Virus record (IMG/VR): IMGVR_UViG_3300028534_000023
Location: 9,641 to 73,640 of that record
Direction: 5' to 3' (one strand)
Source: a virus
Taxonomy: Duplodnaviria; Caudoviricetes
Length of the DNA stretch: 64,000 bases
Program-made: the position numbers and the translations under genes
Shown: positions 58,201-64,000 of the stretch, piece after piece
How positions within the stretch are numbered: position 1 is the first letter of the stretch
Layout: each line of letters starts with the position of its first letter
Notes under the pieces: generated by a model
Databases searched by the model: none
What the model was told of the DNA's origin: nothing
The model's input: only the letters and a program-made list of their open reading frames with translations

Positions 58201-59385
58201 GGTATCCACGATGGTTTAATGACATCTATAGATGATATTGTAGACAGTGTTTCACTTTATAACAAGGCTTGGATTACTATGGCTAAAGACTATAGTCCAC
58301 TTCAAGAAGTAATAAAAAGTAGTTTACGCACCTTAAAAGAAGTTACTGAATTTACAAATTCTTCTGACTTAAACGCATTACCAATCGAAGATTTAATGTC
58401 TTTTAGTAACCTACTCCAATCATTAATTACGTCCATAAAAACTCTTGACGGTTATGATTCCACTGCTTCTAAATTAAAAGAAAAATTATTTAATTCTGAC
58501 TTATATGTATCTCAGATGTACTTTCAGTCAGTAGATCCTGGAGGAAACCTACTAGACGGTTCATATAAGTACAATTCTTCTAAAGATTCTAAATTGCATT
58601 ATACTACTGTTTTGAAAGGTTATGATGGTTATGGTACAATTTTATCTGCTGCTAACACAGCTGTAGGTATGTTGAGCAATATACTTGAACCCAGTGATAA
58701 AAATACATCATCGTTAAAAGCTTTTGATGATTATTTGCATGAAGTAGACCTTACTATAGAACAGGTGTACGAAATTCAGAAAGCAAATGCACTATACCTA
58801 CAACATACTGATGCTAAAGTTTTTAGAGGGTCATTGTTTGAATATGATCCACAAAAAGACGTGATTACTACTATACCTAAAGAGTATATGGATGAATCAG
58901 AATACGAAGTCTATTTAGCGCATGAAATTCGTCATAGAATTACATATGATTACTTATCACGTAATATACACAGTAATGAAGTAAAGTATTTACTAAAAGC
59001 TGTAAAGAAAATAGCTAAAGATTTTGACGTTACAGGTAATATTACTTTTGATGATATGGCTCTTTTTAATAGGCTTAAATATATGACTAGTAAAGGAACT
59101 GATTTAGAAAATGTTGCAGAAATTGTAGCTATTTTAAGTTCTGAGCCTAATGTTAGAAATGCTTTTATTAAGCATTTTCCACAAAAAACTCGTAGCAAAT
59201 TACATGAATTATTCGATAAACTAAAAGAGTATTTAGGCATCTATAGCGATCCTGCTTACATTATACCAGTAATCGATAATATTGTTGAAGAAAATTTACC
59301 TAAAACTTTACGCAAAACGTTTTCATACAACAATTTAAGTGATGCTACTGTACAATTTATAACAGATTTAGTAAAGGAGTGTTAA
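55270..59385 (+). CDS. vRNAP locus part 2: N4-like virion RNA polymerase catalytic domain plus C-terminal zincin motif
   Basis: DIVANGRFY..NYQDKKLHR, EGDGKTSG (motif A, ~57061), RSFMKSPVMVADYG (motif B), GIHDG (motif C, ~58201), AHEIRH. Confidence 0.9.
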   Translation: MGKCNMKVSNEDIAKFLQNRYKSIDAKDVTALHKAVVDNVSLSTHFTANPNTRSNLNNVDHTTDPHIKIIFDNIHSLINNISVNDNFDKTFINPSSGYSVTTGWQSFITTTFTDVTSLDSNGNNIKHRQFVDVNIPKAIALATASVLSDYVVPLLPGNRSDEAVRALTFKDKKSYISPSLRKSVGNFDALYNPTVQEIGIKAFKLLGLKPADSDVFNNDNIMETFIAELGMIGLHSIPGFSVMYLREVDKNNMLTNVTLLNPDTKVVIFPKQYYKNDDSVTNTVKIVSQYNNKLHVNIGDKNSVSSIRSQMELATHTAEDKYGMYKYPVTDYKNLNIKGATSVIGDNEVSTVHRNALKRLGTTGMYHKPGYVKAIESLNSIVYDDGSTHLTKLLGYIDPSTVIKGLKEKVNGKNKMITDLVDNYFDAVSEFGVNNPMYAKFDIVANGRFYLDSNKFNYQDKKLHRMGVYAKTTPVNSANINTFKIAIAQSFGVKTDKMLPSDSINSYKRISDDILNNVTDELSDVYNIIKESDDNTTIDSVRNTAEYVNALVSIIDYVTSKYNKEDPELAISGSVEFLDYVINTDMLNSSHESSIMPEGDGKTSGRGIKLVLFPLFDTFDEYVKELERVGVYVEGKSGFKNVAEFETDSSTYDAYNYPAKIFTDTLKSFSNIPEALKVLIDPDFNGGVISRSFMKSPVMVADYGAGIKSIVDNIIQSAEINFYDLVNNYYQDTVDNSIDNTTLPIYIKDKLFLFADTQHSIIDRLMSDPSNFELTSKELSRLKSYIMYNSPYPLKDSKGNILSPSSGAVESAYKALEVTFDKFLGKYISLNNNLNSAIVTQFKLGKLLLDNKLQKRYNYLVNKYGSATLVPPVTKKELYGMIADLSDVFPVINTALNKSDGNKARMLIASFEKARKGSKELLGNVSPTGAIRIAGKMHNSAIEVYSLVEAVSSGMVLPVHFFDSGVIAHPLSVFDGIGIHDGLMTSIDDIVDSVSLYNKAWITMAKDYSPLQEVIKSSLRTLKEVTEFTNSSDLNALPIEDLMSFSNLLQSLITSIKTLDGYDSTASKLKEKLFNSDLYVSQMYFQSVDPGGNLLDGSYKYNSSKDSKLHYTTVLKGYDGYGTILSAANTAVGMLSNILEPSDKNTSSLKAFDDYLHEVDLTIEQVYEIQKANALYLQHTDAKVFRGSLFEYDPQKDVITTIPKEYMDESEYEVYLAHEIRHRITYDYLSRNIHSNEVKYLLKAVKKIAKDFDVTGNITFDDMALFNRLKYMTSKGTDLENVAEIVAILSSEPNVRNAFIKHFPQKTRSKLHELFDKLKEYLGIYSDPAYIIPVIDNIVEENLPKTLRKTFSYNNLSDATVQFITDLVKEC

Positions 59386-59387
59386 CC

Positions 59388-62300
59388 ATGCAATGTAGCA
59401 CACATCTTACAAAGGAACAGATAGATAAGGTAATTAGTATGAACCCTGATACTGATCCAAGCATTATCGTAAAAGAGGCTAATGCAGCCTATTATGACAG
59501 AATTAAAAACAAATCTGTACTAAATCGTAGTAATAGTTCTGATACTCTTTTTAATTTTAGTGATGTAGATAGTACTGTTTTGCATGAACTTATATCAGGT
59601 AAAGAGTTGTTTAAAGGTGATGTTAATACTATAATTACTCAGCTAAATAAATTAGACAGAGAGTCTGCTTACTACGATGAAGACCATAGTAAGTACTTAC
59701 ATGATGTACTATCTCAATTTCAAAGTACTGTAAAAGAACTTAGATCTTATTCTGTCAACGTTACTAAAGACTTTATTGAAGGTTTAACAGAACCTGTAGG
59801 AGAACATAGTAAAAATAAGATATCGATTGCAACTGCAAAAGGTATAGCGTCCAGTATCTTAAATCTTACAAACGAAGAAACTTTAGTACATGAGTATACT
59901 CATGCATTTACCAGTGTAGTGTTCAACAAAGAGCTAGGTATTTATGCTACTGATATCAAGAATCAATTACGAAGTTTGTATGAAACAGCCAAAGACAATC
60001 TTACATATAAAGACTTGCTTGATGGTATCAGTAATCATTCTAGTACTGATGTACAACTTGCTAAACGTATGTATGATTATATATTTAACGGAAACATACT
60101 AGACTATTCTATACAAGATGCTAATGCCAGATATGCAGAGTTTTTAGCTTACGCCATGACAAACAAACAATTTAAAAAAGCTTTATCAAAAATCGAAGCG
60201 TATCCTAATGAAACTGACATTATGGATAATAATGTAAAATCTACTTTGTATAAATTGTTTATGAGAGTAGTTAATTTTGTTAACAATATAACTAATAAAA
60301 AGTTTAAAGTAAGTAAAGACAAGACTGCTACCGTAGATTTAGAAGTTGGTAGACTACTTCTTGAAATAGGTAAGATAAATCAAAAATATGGGTACAAAGC
60401 AGTAGAAACAATAAACGAACCGTTAGACCAAAGAGTATCAAAAACTGTTATAAACAATTTAGAAAAGTTAGATAACAAGCTTTTTAAGTTTACTACAAAA
60501 AGTACTGAAAAGTTTTTTAACAGTATTGATATCAACGTATCTCCAGATGATAAAGAACAGTTTGCTAAAGTCGCTAAAAAGTTGAATAACAATATCAATA
60601 AACTGCGTAAAGATATTACGTCCAAAGATTTAAGTTTGTTTAAAAAATCCTATGCCTACGCTGATATTATATACAATATCAATAAATTATATTATCTATC
60701 TAAAAAGACAAAAAATAAAGAATTTTACAAAAAGTTAAATGAGTTTATGCACCAGTTCGATGCTTTAGGTTTGCATTATTTAACAGATGTTATAAAAGAC
60801 TTCAAAACAGGTAGTAGCACATTTGTAGAAATTAGTGATAAAGCTATGCAGTTTAAAACACATTTAGATAGAGTTAGAGATATTTATTATAAAGGTACGT
60901 TAAAATTTTTACTTGAAGAATTTAAACATTTTGATATGAAACATAATCGTAATATCGAGTATAATAAAGTACTAGATAGGGTAATACTTCGTACAGATAT
61001 ACAAAGCGTTACTACTAGTGTTAACGAACTTAAAAAACTATTGTCTAATGCAGATTATAGAAGAAATAAAATAGCATCTATTGAAGATGAATTAAAAACT
61101 GCTATCGCTACTACACTACTTGATGAGATAACTATAGGAGATGGAATTGTAAATGACTGCAAAAGTTTAGCTTCATATATGACAACAGGTGTAGGACATA
61201 GAACAAATGCTGTAAACATAGCTAGACGCTTTGGGTCATTTAATGTTATAACTTCTGATGAATTTCCTAACATACAAGAAGCATATAATATCAATGACAT
61301 AGTTAAAAAAATAGATAAGCTTACAAGCTTATATGCTCTTGACAACAACACTGAAAAAGACTTTAAAATGATGCTAGATCTTATAGCTAAAGATCGTAAC
61401 GGAGTTGAAAAATTTATTAACACAGCGTTTGGAGCTGCTGTTGCACATTACGAAGATTTTTATACTGCAGATAATTTACACAATCTTGTCAAGGGGCAAG
61501 GACATATACGTTATGATAGAGACAAAGAGCTTATATTTGCTCCATTGTCTGATTTAACAGAACTTAAAAATGCTGGATACCATTTTGTTAGAAAGATGAA
61601 ACAAGATTCTATGGATACCGATGATACTCCTTACGGTGTTTTTTATACTACTGATCGTATGAGTAACAAAAGAGTTGACGGTACACTAGGCTTGCAGCAA
61701 TTAAAAGTTCACGGTCTTTTATTAAGTCAAAAAATAATGTATTCAAATCCACACTTAACTGGCAAAAAATTAGGTGATAGGATAACAACTGCTATAGCAG
61801 AAGCAAGATACTCTAAAAGTGGATTGTATGAACACATGTATCCAGTGTACAACTCAGAAGGTGAGATAATAGATTTCAGGTATGAGTTCCCTATCAACGA
61901 AAGAGAGGAGTTACAAGGTATAGAAGTACGTGGTATTGAAAATCTATCTCGTAGCATAGGACAGAAAGAATCGCAATTACGTACAAATACGCATAATAGG
62001 GAAATCATAGATATAATACTAGAAGATACTGATAAGCACGTAGATGAACCTGACTATGAGTTTTTAGTACTTCACGCACCTGAAAAAATTATTACACCTG
62101 AAGGTAAGGTTGTCGATAACGGTGCACGTACTGAAGGTGAAGAATTGTGGGGACTATTACCTGACGATGCTAAAAACTATATAATAGACATCAACAAATC
62201 TTCTGATAATAAATACGGAAAAAATGGTACGTATAGACATATAAAAATACGTAAAGAGTTACTTACTCAGCTGTTCGGATATGATGAACCAAGTATTACT

Positions 62301-63266
62301 GAACTACCTATATTTAAAAAAATATCAATGAAACGTGTAAAACAGTTCAAAACTATTGAAAGATATTGGATAGATCTTATTAGCATAGCTAAAAGCAATG
62401 TTGTAGTTAAAACATTAGAAACGCAATGGAATAACATAATGTCTAATGCTAAATTTTTCTTTTTTTCTGGAGTACCTCCAAGAGATGCAGGTAGATATTT
62501 AGCATCCAGTAAATTGTATCTTGAAGACTGGAAAAAGCTTGAGCGTAATATTAGGCTATTAGAAATAAGAGCAGACTCAGAAAAAACCAGTTCTCGTAAA
62601 CACAGCATAGAAAAACGTATAGCAATGCTTAAAGCAAAGCAAAACGATAATCCCTTAATGCCGTTATTTGATGCAGGATTGTATCAGGTTATTTCTGAAG
62701 ATATAGATGTAGAAGAAGACAACAACACTATTACTAAAGCTATTACAAGCAAGTTTGATAACTTATTATCTAAAAACACTACTCTTGAATCCGTCATAAA
62801 TACTATCTTTTTGACAAGAAAATCTACAGCAGGTAAAATCTTAATACATACTATGCAAGAATCTGATTTTCACTTTAGAGCTGCTATATACCTTCATGGT
62901 ATAGCTAATGGTAAAACTAAAAAAGAAATGCTTCGTAAAGTAACAGATAACTTTATAAATTACTCTAAAGTAACATCGAGCAGATTTATCAGATACCTTA
63001 ACAATACAGCTCCTGAAGCTTTCTGGACATATTTTGCTAATATTCAAAGAGTTAATTGGGACCTGATTAAAGAAAAACCTGTACGAGTTATTATAGATAC
63101 TTTAGGAAAAAATTTCACTGATTATGTACCTACTGATACTCTTGACAGTTCTTTTATATCTGAGCTAGGAAAACGCGCTAACCCTGTATATTGGGTCACT
63201 AACACTTCTAACCTGTTTGTAAGATCTTTCGATATACCTATTTTACACGTATTGCGAGGTTTTTAG
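59388..63266 (+). CDS. vRNAP locus part 3: large virion protein with zincin HExxH motif
   Basis: VHEYTHA...AEFLAYA; AAGGAG RBS inside the upstream ORF before the ATG at 59388. Confidence 0.75.
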   Translation: MQCSTHLTKEQIDKVISMNPDTDPSIIVKEANAAYYDRIKNKSVLNRSNSSDTLFNFSDVDSTVLHELISGKELFKGDVNTIITQLNKLDRESAYYDEDHSKYLHDVLSQFQSTVKELRSYSVNVTKDFIEGLTEPVGEHSKNKISIATAKGIASSILNLTNEETLVHEYTHAFTSVVFNKELGIYATDIKNQLRSLYETAKDNLTYKDLLDGISNHSSTDVQLAKRMYDYIFNGNILDYSIQDANARYAEFLAYAMTNKQFKKALSKIEAYPNETDIMDNNVKSTLYKLFMRVVNFVNNITNKKFKVSKDKTATVDLEVGRLLLEIGKINQKYGYKAVETINEPLDQRVSKTVINNLEKLDNKLFKFTTKSTEKFFNSIDINVSPDDKEQFAKVAKKLNNNINKLRKDITSKDLSLFKKSYAYADIIYNINKLYYLSKKTKNKEFYKKLNEFMHQFDALGLHYLTDVIKDFKTGSSTFVEISDKAMQFKTHLDRVRDIYYKGTLKFLLEEFKHFDMKHNRNIEYNKVLDRVILRTDIQSVTTSVNELKKLLSNADYRRNKIASIEDELKTAIATTLLDEITIGDGIVNDCKSLASYMTTGVGHRTNAVNIARRFGSFNVITSDEFPNIQEAYNINDIVKKIDKLTSLYALDNNTEKDFKMMLDLIAKDRNGVEKFINTAFGAAVAHYEDFYTADNLHNLVKGQGHIRYDRDKELIFAPLSDLTELKNAGYHFVRKMKQDSMDTDDTPYGVFYTTDRMSNKRVDGTLGLQQLKVHGLLLSQKIMYSNPHLTGKKLGDRITTAIAEARYSKSGLYEHMYPVYNSEGEIIDFRYEFPINEREELQGIEVRGIENLSRSIGQKESQLRTNTHNREIIDIILEDTDKHVDEPDYEFLVLHAPEKIITPEGKVVDNGARTEGEELWGLLPDDAKNYIIDINKSSDNKYGKNGTYRHIKIRKELLTQLFGYDEPSITELPIFKKISMKRVKQFKTIERYWIDLISIAKSNVVVKTLETQWNNIMSNAKFFFFSGVPPRDAGRYLASSKLYLEDWKKLERNIRLLEIRADSEKTSSRKHSIEKRIAMLKAKQNDNPLMPLFDAGLYQVISEDIDVEEDNNTITKAITSKFDNLLSKNTTLESVINTIFLTRKSTAGKILIHTMQESDFHFRAAIYLHGIANGKTKKEMLRKVTDNFINYSKVTSSRFIRYLNNTAPEAFWTYFANIQRVNWDLIKEKPVRVIIDTLGKNFTDYVPTDTLDSSFISELGKRANPVYWVTNTSNLFVRSFDIPILHVLRGF

Positions 63267-63282
63267 ACCTCGTTTTTGTTTT
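63255..63282 (+). terminator. Terminator at the convergent junction
   Basis: cgaggt-ttttag-acctcg followed by tttttgtttt; the hairpin contains both stop codons. Confidence 0.75.
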
Positions 63283-63442
63283 CTAATTCTTCTATACGTT
63301 TATCTATCTTTGTAAGCAAGTCATGTTTTAATGCCAAAGGCAATTGTTTAGAATTGTTTATCTTATTTTTATATTTTAGTATATCTGTCTTATCCATTGT
63401 ATCTAGCATATGTAGTTGTACGTATGTTGTTTGTGTTTTCAT
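63263..63442 (-). CDS. Hypothetical protein (59 aa)
   Basis: MKTQTTYVQLHMLD...EELENKNEV, with AAGGA RBS. Confidence 0.6.
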   Translation of the reverse strand: MKTQTTYVQLHMLDTMDKTDILKYKNKINNSKQLPLALKHDLLTKIDKRIEELENKNEV

Positions 63443-63502
63443 ATTACTTGTATTTCCTTGTTTGTTTATTTGTACTCTTATTATACATAAGTTTTTATAA
63501 AC

Positions 63503-63607
63503 TTATTCATCATTTTTATCTTTATATCTACTAGTATGTTTGATAACATTACCCTCACAAAAGCCAAGATTGTTAGCAAGTATGTATTCAATGGGCTGTA
63601 TCTTCAT
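63503..63607 (-). pseudogene. DUF3310-like remnant
   Basis: MKIQPIEYILANNLGFCEGNVIKHTSRYKDKNDE* matches the IQPIEY...FCEGNVIKY..RY..K pattern and is truncated. Confidence 0.7.
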
Positions 63608-63824
63608 ACCCTTATGTAGGTTAAAGTGGCTTATAATCAATACCCATATGTATTACTTCATATCTTAATTGATTATCTTTATATCTGTCAATCTTAACAA
63701 TCCCAACATTTTCAGCTGTTTGTGGCTGATATGATGTTTCATATTTTACAGCTTCTGAAAACTCTTGAAGTGGTTTAAACGTATGACTGTTGATGTTGAT
63801 ACATACTTTACTATGCCTTACATT

Positions 63825-64000
63825 TTACACTCCAGTACTACCAAACCCATCGACACGCTCTTCATCTGTATCAATATCAAAGAGATATGACTTGTGTTCT
63901 AGTAGTGTTATTTGTCCTATTTTGTCATTTTTGTTAATAGTGTATCGAACTTCTTTGTTTGCAGCACTGTAGTTGTGTGTTTCCAACAACTTGAAAGAAA
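63825..64000 (-). CDS. dut: dUTPase, C-terminal part (starts beyond the window)
   Basis: ...YTINKNDKIGQITLL...EERVDGFGSTGV*, containing motif 5 GFGSTG. Confidence 0.85.
   Translation of the reverse strand, partial: SFKLLETHNYSAANKEVRYTINKNDKIGQITLLEHKSYLFDIDTDEERVDGFGSTGV

Noticed and set aside
59343-59390. A -1 frameshift (A_AAG) fusing vRNAP parts 2 and 3
   Set aside because: Only a weak tetramer with no stimulator is present, and a strong AAGGAG RBS before the ATG at 59388 explains independent translation.
377-63972. Many 60-170 aa ORFs in the track that are antisense to, or nested in, large genes (e.g. 1501-2013, 9923-10351, 45151-45660)
   Set aside because: Shadow ORFs with no RBS or motifs, lying within well-supported genes.
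1-64000. Genome-wide stop-codon reassignment (TAG or TAA)
   Set aside because: Long core ORFs are intact under code 11, and both TAA and TAG terminate core genes at sensible ends.
1-64000. CRISPR array, tRNA genes, integrase, reverse transcriptase/DGR, introns or inteins
   Set aside because: No repeat-spacer array, cloverleaf, recombinase, RT (YxDD) or intein motifs were recognised by eye. tRNAscan and HMM searches would be needed to exclude them fully.

Overview
AT-rich (~30% GC) phage DNA with the gene order of N4-like (Schitoviridae-type) podoviruses. Positions ~1-23,000 are a leftward early/middle block: single-subunit RNA polymerase, AAA+/vWA pair, ThyX, PD-(D/E)XK nuclease, SF1 helicase, family A DNA polymerase and many small ORFs. 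Positions ~23,100-63,270 are a rightward late block: terminase, tail/receptor-binding proteins, lysis genes, portal, scaffold, N4-gp56-type capsid, ejection proteins and virion RNA polymerase. A convergent leftward block with a dUTPase starts at the right edge. Highlights: (1) the virion-RNAP locus, one ~3,500-aa polypeptide in N4, is three abutting ~1,300-aa ORFs; (2) the second RNAP, a heterodimer in N4, is one 591-aa chain; (3) a stand-alone GGDEF diguanylate-cyclase gene with a CxxC N-terminus, probably leaderless; (4) a 16-bp motif repeated three times upstream of early genes; (5) several small accessory genes that keep their frame but carry in-frame TAA codons where Glu fits. Extended -10 (TGnTATAAT) promoters suggest a Campylobacterota host (inference). 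No integrase, tRNA or CRISPR array was recognised. All family assignments come from motif recognition by eye, not database searches.
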